A stretch of DNA of 64,000 nt, taken from positions 80,786,001 to 80,850,000 of the forward strand of contig NC_092352.1 in NCBI RefSeq assembly GCF_963676685.1, given 5' to 3'. The translations under genes were made by a program, and so were the position numbers. Source of the DNA: Mytilus edulis. Its lineage: Eukaryota. Positions 49,461 to 63,685 of this stretch are shown here, piece after piece. The notes below the pieces were generated by a model. It saw only the letters and a program-made list of their open reading frames with translations, did no database searches and was not told the DNA's origin. The number at the start of each line of letters is the position of its first letter. Positions within the stretch are counted from its first letter, which is position 1.

Positions 49461-51877
49461 CATAAAGTCATGCTAAATTACTGAATCTTCACAATTTCAG
49501 CATTTTAGTTAAATTTTAGACAGTTTCCATCTTAAATTGAAAGTGGCTGCATCCGTGTTCATTCATACTATTGAAATATAAGTTGTATTTGATGATAATA
49601 CATAACATAAATATAAAGGCTTAGGATGAACACGGATGCGGCCACTTTCATTTTTGACAAAAAATAACAGAAAAGTGATGTTTTTTTGCATATTTGATAG
49701 ATTTTTCATATTTAAGCTTGAATCGGAGTGGTTGTAAATAATTAATGACTAAATCAGTTAAAATCTTTCACATAAACTAATTGAATCAATTGAAATAAGC
49801 ACTTAAGTGATTAAAAATTGTCCAAAATCTGTCGTTAATATGTAAATCAACAAATTATTACGTTTTCTTTTTTATTCCTTCAGGAAAAAAAATGGTCAAT
49901 GCCAATGGCAATGATTTTTCAAATAAATCGAAAATTACATAAAAGATTTATTAATCCTTAATTTTGACATTGTATGTAAAAAACAATCCCATGGGGATCA
50001 GACTAATGTGTGTCAGAGGGCATTCCAATATTACAGAGATGGGGAACCTGGCATGTACCACCACATAGAATAGAAAAAATGTTAAAATAATAGCCAATTT
50101 TGAGGACCTTTTACTAAATATTTTTCTCCATTATTTAAAGCAAATTTTTACCCATGCAATTTCTTTGGCAAAATGATGTTGAATTTGAATTTTCAGGACT
50201 GAGTAATCTTAAGCCAAGCCAGAAATCTTTCTTGGTAGAACCTAGCACTTTTCACATGACTGCTAAAAATGAGCTGTCAATATACATTTGTACTTTACCT
50301 GAAGCTTAATTATAGCTGTCTGAAGCTAATTGCTATGTTTGCATGAATTATGATTAAAAAATATGTCACTAATTAAATTGAGCAATAATGACACAAATGA
50401 GCATTTATAATTACTGTATACTATTTATTTATCTTCATAATTTTAATAATTTACATGTTTTAATTGTCCTGTTTGTCTATATTTAGAAAATGGTTTTAAG
50501 AAAAATGGTATTTGATGTTTTAAATTAACTAATCTCTTTTAATTATATGCAATGCAATTTAATATATTTTGAATGGTTTCTGGTACATGAATATTTATGC
50601 CTGCAAGCTATTTCCAGTTTTATTGATATTTAATGTCCAGAGGGAAATTATTGAGGTACCATATTTAAGTAATATTGATATTGTAGGTCATAAAAGGTTA
50701 GAAGAACTTCAACATGTGAAGTTATAATTACATTTGATGAATAGAAATAACAGAGGGGACTTGCACTTGTAATTATATAAGCTGTAGATGAAATTTGTAT
50801 TTAAAGTATTTCAGGTGAGAGTTGTAATCAAACAGTAACTTTTTTAGCTTTTCAATTATCAATGATTATCTCTTCATATTGATTGCATTTTTTATATAAA
50901 AAAAAGATGATGTGGCATGATCGCCAATGAGATAACTCTCCACAAGAGTATAAATGACACAGAAATTATATAACAACTATAATTCACCATATGGCCTTAA
51001 AAAATGAGTCCATACCACATAAGTCTGAGAGCTATAAAAGACCTGGAAATGAAAAATGTAAAACAATTTGAATATACTAAAGCATCTTTTTGTAAAGCGA
51101 CCAAATAATTTTTGAATTTCGAGGAATAGTAACAACCTGTCTGAACTCTTAACAAGCTGTGCAAGCTTACAACAATAATAATAAAATGCATAGAATCTCC
51201 TAGGTAACCACTGTATGTCTCTACTTTACATTGTGTTTAAACATTTATCCTACATGTATGTACGTTAATTTATTTGCATAAGTCTCTATACCATTGCACT
51301 TTGGTTTAGAAGAGTACAGATATATATGTTTCATTTACAACTGTATTTCATTTTAACTTTATTCATAAAAAACTTATTTTGTAGGAATCAAGGAAAATAT
51401 TTCTATATTCTGATAAAACCTAGAAAGAACCACAGCTGCATAGTGTACATAAAAGGTAACATAAAATTAGGGAGACATTCATACTCATAGTAAAACAAAA
51501 ATTCACTCAAAAATAAACTGACAAGACCATGGCTGAAAAGATAAAAAACAGACAGACAAACAGACAGATAGACAAACAACAGTACACAAAACACAAAATA
51601 CATTGTAGAAACTTAAAGAATGTGCACCACAAACCCCACCTAAAACTGTGGGTCATCTCATGTGCTCTGGAAGGGTAAGCAGATCCTGCTCCACATGTGG
51701 CACCCGTTGTGTTGCTCATTTTTAGTTCAAACACGATAATAAATCTAATTCGGTAGGTCACATTCAGTGAAAAAGGGACTGGATTGTAGTTAGGACATTT
51801 GAAACATATCAGCTTTCATCTGTGGTAGGGATATTTCATAATGACAAACTAGCTCACAATGGTATCATTAACATTTA

Positions 51878-51920
51878 CAGGGGCGGGTCCAGGTAAGGGC
51901 GTAATGGGCGTACGCCCCCC

Positions 51921-51955
<35 letters not shown>

Positions 51956-52893
51956 ATCGTTATAATCTGCTAGTATTGTAATGAATAACATCAACCTTAA
52001 CTGATGTAAGGGCATGCTCGACTTTATTTCCAAACATCATGAAAGTTCTCTTCTTACTTGCTTTGACGAGCGTCACGTCAAGCTCCACTGAAAGATCTAA
52101 CTCATCCCTTAAGTTGATCAAGAATGATTTGAGAAGCACCATGAAGGAGGATCGTCTAAATGCTCTGCTTCTTTTATATGTTCACAGAGACATTAAACTT
52201 GATTTTGATAAAATTATTGACGATTACGCCATGAGAAATCCACGTAAAATGGTTGTAATGAATCCACTCTAGTAATTGAAAATGAGAGTCCGTCAGTATT
52301 TTTCTGTGTTCATTTAAGGTTTTGCGTCAAGGCACATGTATACTAGAGATATGTATATTTCCACATTAAAGCAATACTCAGAACGAAAGAACTTTATTCT
52401 TCAGTGTTTATTTGTCTTGTATCATGTGTGTCGTTCAACGAAACCCGAACTTAATCAAAAATAGAGGGATTACTTCATAATTTGATGCTAAATTGTTGAA
52501 ATTCAGGAGCTTCTGAGCTTCCCCCATGGACCCTCAACCGTAATCACGCCTCTCGTTCATAAAATCCTTGCCTAGGAATTGAAATGTTAAGAAACTCCTT
52601 ATACCCTTGAGTTTGGAATTTCTCGTTATTGGTCTACTGCTGTTAAGATCCATCCAATCATTTTAATATACCATAGACAATTAATGGAGAGAACTCGGCA
52701 TAAAAAATGTCACACCCTGACACTTTAACTATAAAATATACATGCTCCAAGTCAGGAACCGTTACATTAGTGCAATTCTCTATTATTTTATGCTTTTAAG
52801 CCAAAAAAGGTCCAAAAATTTTTTCGCCTAGCTTCGCTCTGCGAAATATTTTATTCTATGCCCCCCCTTTCAATTATCCTGGACACGCCCCTG
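51878..52893 (+). mobile_element. Deleted hAT transposon retaining the transposase C-terminus; 5-bp TSD
   Basis: 16-bp TIR CAGGGGCGGGTCCAGG / CCTGGACACGCCCCTG; ATTTA duplicated (51873-77, 52894-98); inserted in another repeat. Confidence 0.88.
51987..52272 (+). pseudogene. hAT C-terminal dimerisation domain fragment
   Basis: LFPNIMKVLFLLALTSVTSSSTERSNSSLKLIKNDLRSTMKEDRLNALLLLYVHRDI fits the hATC pattern FPNI...PVTS...ERSFS.LK.IK..LRSTM..ERL. Confidence 0.88.
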
Positions 52894-52987
52894 ATTTATG
52901 AAGGGGTAATTTCAACTTCACCATTTGGAACTCTTGGTTTAATAGCTTGTTTGTGAGCAGCAAACCTCATTCAAGGAAATCCTGATA

Positions 52988-53470
52988 TCAAACTGTTTAT
53001 AATTTTTATTTTCAATTCATTGTTTTAAAAATGTTCATATTTTTCTTTGATCAAAACAATGTATCCGATCAAACTGTTTATAATTTTTATTTTCAATTCA
53101 TTGTTTTAAAAATGTTCATATTTTTCTTTGATCAAAACAATGTATCCGATCAAACTGTTTATAATTTTTATTTTCAATTCATTGTTTTAAAAATGTTCAT
53201 ATTTTTCTTTGATCAAAACAATGTATCCGATCAAACTGTTTATAATTTTTATTTTCAATTCATTGTTTTAAAAATGTTCATATTTTTCTTTGATCAAAAC
53301 AATGTATCCGATCAAACTGTTTATAATTTTTATTTTCAATTCATTGTTTTAAAAATGTTCATATTTTTCTTTGATCAAAACAATGTATCCGATCAAACTG
53401 TTTATAATTTTTATTTTCAATTCATTGTTTTAAAAATGTTCATATTTTTCTTTGATCAAAACAATGTATC
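52988..53470. repeat. 81-bp tandem repeat, 6 essentially identical copies
   Basis: Period 81; source of the spurious 150-aa ORF. Confidence 0.95.
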
Positions 53471-53705
53471 CAATTGCAAATAGTCTTGGTCATGAAATTG
53501 TTTTGTTGAACTTTTGTTTAATTCATATAAACCAATAACTTTTAATTGATGCATGATATGACGCCTGTGATTAAATATTATATAGATTAATGTATGCACA
53601 GAAATGTTTGAAGTGTGATGTAATTATGGTAATAAACTTTCATTTGGGTTTGATTGTTGTCTGAATAATATTTTGATTTTATACAAGATAAAAAATATAT
53701 AAACT

Positions 53706-54247
53706 AGAAAAACAAAGGATGTGGGGTATCCATCCATGACACAAAATCATCTAACAGAAAAACAAAGGATATGGAGTATCCATCCATGACACAAAATCAT
53801 CTAATAGAAAAACAAAGGATATGGAGTATCCATCCATGACACAAAATCATCTAATAGAAAAACAAAGGATATGGAGTATCCATCCATGACACAAAATCAT
53901 CTAATAGAAAAACAAAGGATATGGAGTATCCATCCATGACACAAAATCATCTAACAGAAAAACAAAGGATGTGGGGTATCCATCCATGACACAAAATCAT
54001 CTAACAGAAAAACAAAGGATGTGGGGTATCCATCCATGACACAAAATCATCTAACAGAAAAACAAAGGATGTGGGGTATCCATCCATGACACAAAATCAT
54101 CTAACAGAAAAACAAAGGATGTGGGGTATCCATCCATGACACAAAATCATCTAACAGAAAAACAAAGGATGTGGGGTATCCATCCATGACACAAAATCAT
54201 CAAACAGAAAAACAAAGAATATGGGGTATCCATCCATGACACAAAAT
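53706..54247. repeat. 50-bp tandem repeat, ~11 copies in two variant blocks
   Basis: AGAAAAACAAAGGATRTGGRGTATCCATCCATGACACAAAATCATCTAAY. Confidence 0.95.
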
Positions 54248-54768
54248 TGAAATTCATTACATGCACAGCAACAAGAAAAAAAAACAATCAAACAGCAAAG
54301 TAACATTGCATTTATTGCTGTTCTTTATTTCATATGCATTTTTAGAGAATAATGAAATATTTAGTGAAAAATACTAAGTACGGCAATAGAAATTGAATTA
54401 AGTACACTACAGTCAAGTATTTTAGCCAGTCTATCCATACTATCAGTCAATATTCTGGACTTGACTGTATCCTGATAATTTTCTCCTTCCTGTAAGGAAA
54501 AATAACATTCTATCATTAGTAATGCTTTTAAGTTTGTCTTCTGGATGTCAGACAACAGCACAGTTTTAAAAAAATGTTTGCCTTAAAAATGAATTGAATT
54601 TTCTTTATTAAAATATATTGAGTTATTTTCTTTTTCTTTCAGGTTTTATGATGAAGAAGATAGAAGGAAATTCCTCCATTTATATATGTGGCATAAGCAA
54701 CAACAGTTAGTATCATTGATAGAAATCATATATAATTCAGGACAAGTATAGCCAATTACCCTAGTCAC

Positions 54769-57700
54769 ATGATCACTATGAATAACCTACGAGTCAAAAA
54801 GTTTTCTTGTGACAAATGTGGTAAATTATTTAATCAGGAATGCACACTTACAATACATCGAAGATCACACAATGCAGGAAAAAAGTTTGTGTGCCATGTT
54901 TGTGGGAAATCCTTTACATTAAAGTCAGTAATGCTAAAACATGCTATGTCTCATATGATGGAAAATATCGGTATTATGTATAAAGGAAAGAGTTTTTATA
55001 AGAATCGACAAAATGCCATGTCTGACTCCAGGAAAAAGAAATTCTATCAGTGTACCAACTGTCCAAAAAAATTTAGAAACCAGGAAAGTCTTGATGAACA
55101 TATTAAATGTCATGAAGAAAAGAAACAGTGGAATTTATCTACACCTGATAACAAACTTAACAATTCTACAGATTTTCAAAAAAATGAGGATGCTGGTTCA
55201 GATGATAGTTCACAAGATCTCTTTATAGAAAAGGAATCTTATGTTATCAGTGACAATTCTTTTGATAGCCATTCAGATGAAATAGAACCAAAAATGTTTA
55301 TTATTAGTGACAATTCACTTGATAGCCATTCAGATAAAATAGAACCAACAACTTTTATTATTAGTGACAATTCACTTGATAGCCATTCAGAAGAAAAGAA
55401 ACCAACATCTTTTCTTATTCAGAAATCTGATGAATGCTCTAGCTCAAATTCAGATGAACCCAGCCTAAAGAACTTGGATTTTAATTGTGTTTTATGTGGA
55501 AAATCATTCAAAACTGTTCCTTCTTTTATTCACCATGTTAACACCCATCAGCCTTCATACAATGATAAAGACAGTACAATAGAGCAGACAGCAAAGGACA
55601 GTTCTCAAGAAGATCCTTCTTCACCAGATAATAAGATTAAGACCTCTGTAGACTCATCACAAATACAGGGAACCAGGAAGAAAAATCCCAACAGGGATGC
55701 AGTAGAAACCAGCAAGAAAATTGCAAAACTGAAAACAGATGACGCCCTATTAGGCACTGATAGCAAATTCAAAAAATCAAAAGATGTTGGTAGTAAAAAA
55801 AATAAAACAAGGGATGGAAACAAGCATCCTTCCCTTTTAAACAATATTGATACAGTGGAAAAACAATTTCACCCTGCCCGGTCAGATAAATTAGCTAAGG
55901 GAAAGAAACAGATGGTGAAAAATCAATTTGAAGCTGCCAAGTCAGATGAATTAGTTGTAGATGATGACGGAATGAATAAAACACTGGCAAATCATTTCAT
56001 ATCTGTCAAGCCAGATGAATATGAGGTAAAAGATGAAGGGATGAAAAACACACTTGTAAATCATTTCAAATTTGTCGAGTCAGAAGAATTAGCTGAGGGA
56101 ATGAATCAATTTGAAGCTGCCACGTCAGACGAATTACCTGTAAAGGATGATGGGACAAAAGTACGGGAAAAGGTTAAAACCATATTTATTTGCAGATGTT
56201 GTAATAAGAAGTTTGCTAGCAGACATTTTGTCAAGGAACATTTGAAAATGTATTTTGAAATGGCAGCTAACAGTGTTGATATAGAACATAGACAATTCAT
56301 CGATCAATTAAAGGAAGATACTGAGTTTGACAGGGTCGTTGATAAATTTATTTACTCTATTTCTACAGGGAAGTTAAAAAGTATTACTCAAGACTTGAAG
56401 AAATCTGATGAAAAGCAAATTATTTATCAATGTGCAAAATGTCAAAAAAGTTTTCAAATACAACATCAAATCATTGATCATATAAAGGATTGTGAACCAA
56501 AACCCCAAAACACTGACAATTTCAAATGTCAAGACTGTAGTGGAAGTTTTACAACTGACATGATGTTGAAGAAACATATACTGTTATGTCACAATCGTTC
56601 CCAAGATTCAAGGAAACAGGAAACAGAAAAGAAATCTATGAAAGACCCAATTTATACAGAAAAACCAAAAGAAACAGAAGAAATAAGTATTACTCAAGAC
56701 TGGAAGAAATCTGATGAAAACTTAATTATTTATCATTGTACAAAATGTCAGAAAAGATTTCTAGAAAAACAACATATCATTACTCATTTAAAGGATTGTA
56801 AATCAAAACCCCAAAAAAAGGAAATTTTCAAATGTCAAGACTGTATTGGAAGTTTTATGTCTGGCATGATGCTGAAGAAACATATACTGGTGTGTCACAA
56901 TCGTTCACAAGATTCAAGGAAACAGGAAACAGAAAAGAAATCTGTGGAAAACCCCATTACAGAAAAACTAAAAGAACCAGAAGAAAACAAAGAGGTCAGA
57001 ATCGGGAATGACACACAAAAACAAGAAAAGAAACCAATAGAGAACATGACTATAAATGTATTGTCTGGAATTCGAAAGGTTAAGAAATTAACAGAGGTCA
57101 CAACTGGAAAAGAAACTCCGAAATATGAAAAGAATTCCAAGGAAAACATAATCAGAAAGAAAACTGCAGGGAATCAAAAAAAGAAATCTGAGAAGACGAA
57201 CATCAACAATCCAGGAAATAAAATTGAAATGACTTGCGAAAGATGTGAAAAAATTTGTGATTCTATGACAGAATACTTGAATCACATAGAAACAAGTCAT
57301 AATTCTAAGTCTAATGAAGTTGGTTCTGATGCTGAATTTATTTGTGCACATTGCAAAATGAGTTTTGATTCTCAGGCAAAGCTGTTTTCACATCTTAAAG
57401 GTCACAAAGAGTCGAATAGACAGCAGAGTACCTTTGAAAAATACAAAGATAAAATGACATACAATAGCGACACTGGACAATGGGGTTGTAGAATTTGTCA
57501 GAAGTCTTTATCAAACAAAACAAATTTATTAAGACACATTTCATTACATGATAAAGATATTAAAGAATCACATGTATGTCCCTTCTGTAATCGTATATTT
57601 AACCACCATCGATATCTTATGCATCACATTAACTATATGCATAATGGAGTGGAAAAAGAAGAATGTCTCATTTGCCATGCCAAATTTACAAAAAAAACAA

Positions 57701-58065
57701 GTCTTCAACGTCATATGGAACTCCATACAGGAGAATCACTTCAGAAAAAGATTTTGAAATGCGAAGAATGTGGAAAACAATTTAGAGGTAGTAAAGATTT
57801 GATAACCCACACAAGAATACACACGGGTGAGAGGCCTTTCCCGTGTGATCATTGTCCTTACAGAGCAATCAACTTATGGAATTTGAAGCGACACTTACTG
57901 ACACACGAAAATAGAAGGAAGAGAAAAAGAAGTAAAAGAGATGATGAAGACTCCCAAGAGGAAAACAATATAGAAAGAAAGATTAAAATGAAAATTTTAC
58001 ATGGCAGAAGTTATCTTATGGAAGCAGAAAACACCATGAGTGGAAAAGTCAAAGAAATGGTTTGA
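54769..58065 (+). CDS. C2H2 zinc-finger protein, 1098 aa, ~16 dispersed fingers, single coding exon
   Basis: Uninterrupted ORF; repeated CxxC-x12-HxxxH motifs, TGERPF linker, basic RRKRKRSKR; good acceptor at 54642 and in-frame stop at 54733 imply 5' UTR exon(s) upstream. Confidence 0.92.
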   Translation: MITMNNLRVKKFSCDKCGKLFNQECTLTIHRRSHNAGKKFVCHVCGKSFTLKSVMLKHAMSHMMENIGIMYKGKSFYKNRQNAMSDSRKKKFYQCTNCPKKFRNQESLDEHIKCHEEKKQWNLSTPDNKLNNSTDFQKNEDAGSDDSSQDLFIEKESYVISDNSFDSHSDEIEPKMFIISDNSLDSHSDKIEPTTFIISDNSLDSHSEEKKPTSFLIQKSDECSSSNSDEPSLKNLDFNCVLCGKSFKTVPSFIHHVNTHQPSYNDKDSTIEQTAKDSSQEDPSSPDNKIKTSVDSSQIQGTRKKNPNRDAVETSKKIAKLKTDDALLGTDSKFKKSKDVGSKKNKTRDGNKHPSLLNNIDTVEKQFHPARSDKLAKGKKQMVKNQFEAAKSDELVVDDDGMNKTLANHFISVKPDEYEVKDEGMKNTLVNHFKFVESEELAEGMNQFEAATSDELPVKDDGTKVREKVKTIFICRCCNKKFASRHFVKEHLKMYFEMAANSVDIEHRQFIDQLKEDTEFDRVVDKFIYSISTGKLKSITQDLKKSDEKQIIYQCAKCQKSFQIQHQIIDHIKDCEPKPQNTDNFKCQDCSGSFTTDMMLKKHILLCHNRSQDSRKQETEKKSMKDPIYTEKPKETEEISITQDWKKSDENLIIYHCTKCQKRFLEKQHIITHLKDCKSKPQKKEIFKCQDCIGSFMSGMMLKKHILVCHNRSQDSRKQETEKKSVENPITEKLKEPEENKEVRIGNDTQKQEKKPIENMTINVLSGIRKVKKLTEVTTGKETPKYEKNSKENIIRKKTAGNQKKKSEKTNINNPGNKIEMTCERCEKICDSMTEYLNHIETSHNSKSNEVGSDAEFICAHCKMSFDSQAKLFSHLKGHKESNRQQSTFEKYKDKMTYNSDTGQWGCRICQKSLSNKTNLLRHISLHDKDIKESHVCPFCNRIFNHHRYLMHHINYMHNGVEKEECLICHAKFTKKTSLQRHMELHTGESLQKKILKCEECGKQFRGSKDLITHTRIHTGERPFPCDHCPYRAINLWNLKRHLLTHENRRKRKRSKRDDEDSQEENNIERKIKMKILHGRSYLMEAENTMSGKVKEMV

Positions 58066-59452
58066 AAAGAACTTAATTAAACTGATTTATTTAATCATAT
58101 TAATAAGGATAGTTAAGGTTTTTGTGTTTTACAAAGAGAAGATAACTTGTGTTATTATGGTAATAGCAATAAATTAAAGGGAGAAATCAATGCAGCAGAT
58201 AAGTTATAAAAATAAATAATTACCAGTTTACTGATCTAGTCCTCTTTTATTTACTACTTAGGATTTTAAATGTAGACTGGTTTTTTTTTGTTAAATTGAA
58301 AACTTGATGGTTATGTATACATAATAAATGAAACTTGATTAAATGGTTAAGGGGAGACAATTCACTACATTCCAAAAGACAATTTATTGTTTTCTTTCTA
58401 AAACATTAAAATAGTTTGTTTATTAAGAATTTCTGAAGAGTGTTTATATATATGTATTTACTGATGATAATTTTATTATGTTAGAATGTGATTTTCTATC
58501 CTTAAGAGTGTACTTATTTTGACAATAATTTGTTATTTATAATTCTGGAAAGGAATTGAATGTAAAATATTTATAAGTGATTAAGTCAAGCAGTGATTCT
58601 CAATATCTCTTATTTTTTTTTAAAGTGATTTGAAAAAAGTATTTAAATCTGTACAATACAAAGATGTATGTTTGTTTATTATTAATTTACATTTAATTGC
58701 TTTTAAATATATAGATCTAATTCAGGAAATCTTTTATGTTTCCAGATCATGCAGATACGACTTTGAAAAATGTAAAAGTCACATCACTACCTCCATACCT
58801 CTATATTTATCTTGTGACATTTATATACCTTAAAAGAAAATGTTACCATATACATTCCATTTTCTAGTCATTCCAAATAAATTATTATTACCTAAAATAT
58901 TATTAAGCTGCAGCCATATAACTGAACTATATTATGTTATTTGTATATATATAGGTTTATTTCTATTTTATTTTTACATTTTATTTCTTGTCTTTTAAGT
59001 TTTTGTGACAGTTTACATAAGTGTATACATTCGTTAATTTCTAAATTGTTTGAATTTTAGTTTTTTCTGCCTTGCATTGTAATTTACATGTGTATAAAAA
59101 CTGTAATTTTGATAAGGGACCATAATCACCATGCATAACCTTAATTCTAGAACTTGAGAAAGCTTGAAGTATATTTGAAGAATGAGCCGCATTCTATTAT
59201 TGTAAAAATCATGTATTTGAATTGTGAATTTCTGTAAATTCTGAAACTTTTGTGATGTTTTAGTGTTCAGAAATTGTTAAAATCAGACTAGATAGGTTAA
59301 GAAAAAATAAAACTGGCATTTAAAATATTGAAAACACTATTTTGCACCATTTTCAGAAATTTCATTACTTATCTTGTATTTTTATCAAATAATCCACATA
59401 ATGGCAATAATAAATGCACACAATTTTCTGAATTTACAGTATTCCTACTTAA

Positions 59453-59826
59453 GGGAGTTCGCTTTTCAGTTTCAAAGTAATTAATTTTTCAAAACACTAG
59501 TTTATATAAATAGGGATTTAAAAAAGGAATCTAAAGAGCAAAAAAAATATATAGGTCACCATGCTTGTTTTCGAGATATTAGCCATTGAAATTTTGGCGG
59601 GAAATCATTCTCTTTTGACTTATCATAGCTTTATCATTGACCAGTTGAAGTTCTCGAAAACTGTTAAAAAGTAATTAAAATTTTATAAGACTTTCACAGA
59701 TGGCTCATCATTATGCATGTAAAAGATGGGGGTCACGGGGCAAAATTTTTCAAGGCATTCAAGTTGATAAAACCAGAGGATTCCAAAAATCTGACAAAAA
59801 AATCAAAACATGACAAGCCAGCTTCC
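59453..59826. mobile_element. Diverged TTAA-flanked MITE
   Basis: TTAA|GGGAGTTCGCT ... AGCCAGCTTCC|TTAA. Confidence 0.5.
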
Positions 59827-62552
59827 TTAACAACAAATACAAGGTGAAATATAATATATAGAGAGCACCACTGTTAGCCCTTCAACAATGAACAAGATTT
59901 TCAGAGTAGAATGTACATAGTATAATATAGGAAATACAAAGAAACCTTTTATCAACTTTTTTCATGAATGTATTCCAAGCTTATACTGGTAATACAGATG
60001 AATTTATTTTTGTAAAGCTTGAAGTGCTTGAACATCATTCATGAGAAACAAACATATAACTGGATGTGTTTTCTCCACTAGTCAGTTCTACCTCCTTATC
60101 AAGATATTCTATTTGTTTATTATATTTTATTTTGTTATGTTGTTTTGTTTTTGCAATACTCTTTAAAGTTTAAGCATGATGAGCAAAATTGTGTTTATGT
60201 ATTGATACAATGTACTTATTAGTTCCCCAAAGGTGTTTTGGAAATAAAATTATTTCACCATTGTTCATTTTATTGTTGCAAGAGTAAGTCAGATTTATTC
60301 GTGCAGGTGTTATGCATGTTTGGTCGAGGAAACACCATCTTCCTTTACAACATTCATACACGTCAGTAAGTTTTACCTTATATATGAACTTGTCTGGATT
60401 ATGTATATTTGCCTTTTGACTATTAGGCATCTTTGCCTCTAAACCATTAGGCATCTTTGCCTCAGGACGATTAGGCATATTTGTCTCTGGACTATATACA
60501 TTTCATTTGCTTAGAGACTACATAAACCCTACTGACATACTGTAAACGAGTTGGACTCAAGTGTCCTGTGAGGATGACCAGTGATATTTATAAGATAATT
60601 TTAACTTCATCATTTGGATTTCTAGGTTGAATAGCTTCCTTGTAAGTAAGATATCATGAGCCAAACACAAATCCTTGTTTACCATGACAACTAATGAAAT
60701 AAATATAATCCCCATTTGCAGGTATTGCAAAATTGTTTCTCTACAGAGTAATGGAAAGTTTCGTCATAAGGGTAATTGAAATGATCTCTTATGTCATAAA
60801 GTCTAGTTTAAACTGACTCTGATTGTTGATTTCTAGAAGTCCATACATGAAGTTGACCATATCTGTGAAGCATCCTTTATTAAGATAAAGTTGATTGTTG
60901 TTATTCATGTTTGTTTTTTTGCCACATTACTGTTGATGAGTTGCTGTCTATAAGATATTTTCCTCCATTCAAATACTTGATCATAGAATTCATTTTGTTT
61001 TGACTGTCCATTTAAAAATGAAATCTTAGTTCCAAGATTATCATACTCTTTCATGGGCAACAATATATATATGATATATGAAATGTTGTTGAAGTACAGT
61101 ACCAGAATCTTGATAATGCTGCTGAGTGAAGTGTTGGTTGAATTGTTTCACAAAATCTTTCTTTTTGCGAAATTTCTGGAAATTGGTTCAATTGCAACAG
61201 AACCGCATGAACAAACAATGAAATGTCTTGCCTGCTTTACTGACCATAATTGATTTTATGTTGAAGGTCATAAAGATAAAGGTTTAACTAAATGTATCAA
61301 AGTTTACCATTATCAACATTCAATGATGTCAAGGTCAGATAAATCCTGCCAGACAGACACGCACACCTTAAAACCTGAACATTGATCATTAAAAATGATG
61401 TCAAGTTATATAATACATGCCAGACACACATTACAATCATTCCATACACCAAATGTGGTTGACCTTTTGCTTTAAGTATCTTGAGACGAAGGCCAAATTA
61501 TGGAAATTTGACTCTTTAATCATTGAACAATGAAAAAGTTATCATATATACACATTATACTTGACCAAAAGACATGCACACTTAACAATCATTCCATAAA
61601 CCAAACATTGTTGGCCTACTACGTATAGAATTAGAAATGGAAGGTATGTGCCTGTTTTATATTGTTGTTTGCATTGTTATTGTATACATGTATCACATTA
61701 ATAGTTCTGTACATTCATCTGGCAGTCAGTTTTCTAATTTTAATTGTAAAAAATTATATTTGTTGCAAGGGGGCCTTTAATAGCTTACTATGCAGTAAGG
61801 TTTTGTTCATTGTTGAAGCATGAGTGGTGACCTATTGGTGACCTACACTGTAGTTACAAACTTCCTAATTCATTTAAGGCTGATGCAGTTGTCTCATTGA
61901 TGATCAAACAAACTAAGTCTTTATACACAAATGAAAAATTTACATTCACCAATGAACAATGAAAACAAGGTTAAAATCAGAAGAAACCTGCCAACTGACA
62001 TTCATATTACAATCATTCCATACACAATAAAAAGCTGACCTATTGTATTTGAAGGTATGGTCGGGCACCTACAAAGATGTTGAAACACGCCATAAATTGT
62101 TAGTTTCATAAGTCAAGAAACCTGTTATTCTAGGATTGTCATTTGTTGAAAATCAATTTGTTTTAACCATAAGTCAGGCAGTGAATTTTCTTGTTTTCCA
62201 TTTTTCATTTTTGGGCCATTTATAGCTTGATATGCAGTATGGGTTTTCTTTATTGTTAAAGGCCATATGATGACCTATAGGTGCTAAGATCTTCAGACAT
62301 TTGGGAGTTGTCTCATTGGCAATGCTATCATACCACATTCTTCATATTTTCATACAAAAACTGACAACATTCACAAATGAACCATGGAAATAAGGTAAAA
62401 ATGAAAGAAACCTGCGGACTGACATGTACATATTACAATCATTAATGTACGTCCACTCTGGGTCAAAACTTCTATTGGCCATATCTTAATAATCACATTA
62501 TAACAAACATGTGCCCACTATAAGCTTTCAAGTTATGTGACCATGACTTCAT

Positions 62553-62925
62553 GGTTATCTACATTAAACCAAGTATTTAATCTGAAATTGATTGGAAAAA
62601 TTAACAAACAGATGAATGGACACACAAACTGGAAAACAATAAAGCTTCATAATTCATAGACATTGAACAAAATGACATTCCAACCTATATAATCACCTCT
62701 TTAGATACTTGATCCCATAACAGGAGTTTTGATATAAAGGTTATCTAAATTAAACCAAGTATTTAATCTGATATTGATTGGAAAAATTAACAAACAGATG
62801 AATGGACGCACAAACAGGAAAACAATAACCTTCGTAATTCATAGACATAGAACAAAATGACATTCCAACCTATATAATCACCTCTAAAGATACTTGATTC
62901 CATAACAGGAGTTTTGATATAAAGG
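62553..62925. repeat. 186-bp tandem duplication
   Basis: TTAAACCAAGTATTTAATCTGA at 62564 and 62750 with collinear sequence following. Confidence 0.9.
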
Positions 62926-63287
62926 AACGTTGAACACAATAACAAGGAATTAAACAAATACAAAATATATTTTATATAATAGCAACATAAACATGAAACA
63001 ATTAGAACAACATATCTCCACATAATGGTAACAATTGATGAACATTTGTATAATTTATTAAACAATTTCTTTAAAACACAACTTTGAAAAATGTGATCCT
63101 AGTACCAGTACCAATATTTAAATTAACATCAGTTTTAAATTATCATTTTTACAAATGCTGTCTTCAAACTTTTACCCGACTTCAGATTCTTGTTACACTT
63201 GACTAGGTCTGGCTTCCAAAACTTCAGAAAAAAAATGCACCTCTAAACCTTAAATTTCTGAAGATGTTAAATGTAAATTAAATAAAT

Positions 63288-63685
63288 GGAATGTGTCCAT
63301 GGGACACAGATGATGCCCCTGCTTGCTTATAAAGTTATAAAAGGACAATTAACTCAAGAACAATAAAAGTGATGCTACCCAAATTAATACTTGATCTGAG
63401 AGTTGTGGTAATAATCATTGTGTAGAAGTTTCATAACATTTGGTTTATAAGGAGAACAGAAACGAAAATTCAGCAATTTTTCCAATTGTAAAGGGCATAA
63501 CTATTGAAAGGTGAAAGTAATGCCACCCAAAAATTTGATCTGTGTTTTTTGGTAATAAGTATTGTGAATAATTTTTAAAACAATTGGTTTAGGCAAACTT
63601 AAGTTAGAGAAAGATAACTTATTTCCAGACATACAGATGGACAAGGGTAAAACTTAATGCCCCTCTGCTTCGGCTTGGGCATAAA
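63288..63685 (-). mobile_element. Degenerate Helentron-like element with two core repeats
   Basis: Hairpin TGTGTCCATGGGACACA, ATGCCCC subTIR, opposite end ATGCCC...GGGCAT; two related core units. Confidence 0.55.

Noticed and set aside
1-54247. CRISPR-like arrays (34-, 24-, 37-, 50- and 81-bp repeats)
   Set aside because: Head-to-tail repeats with no unique spacers, no cas genes, eukaryotic intron context
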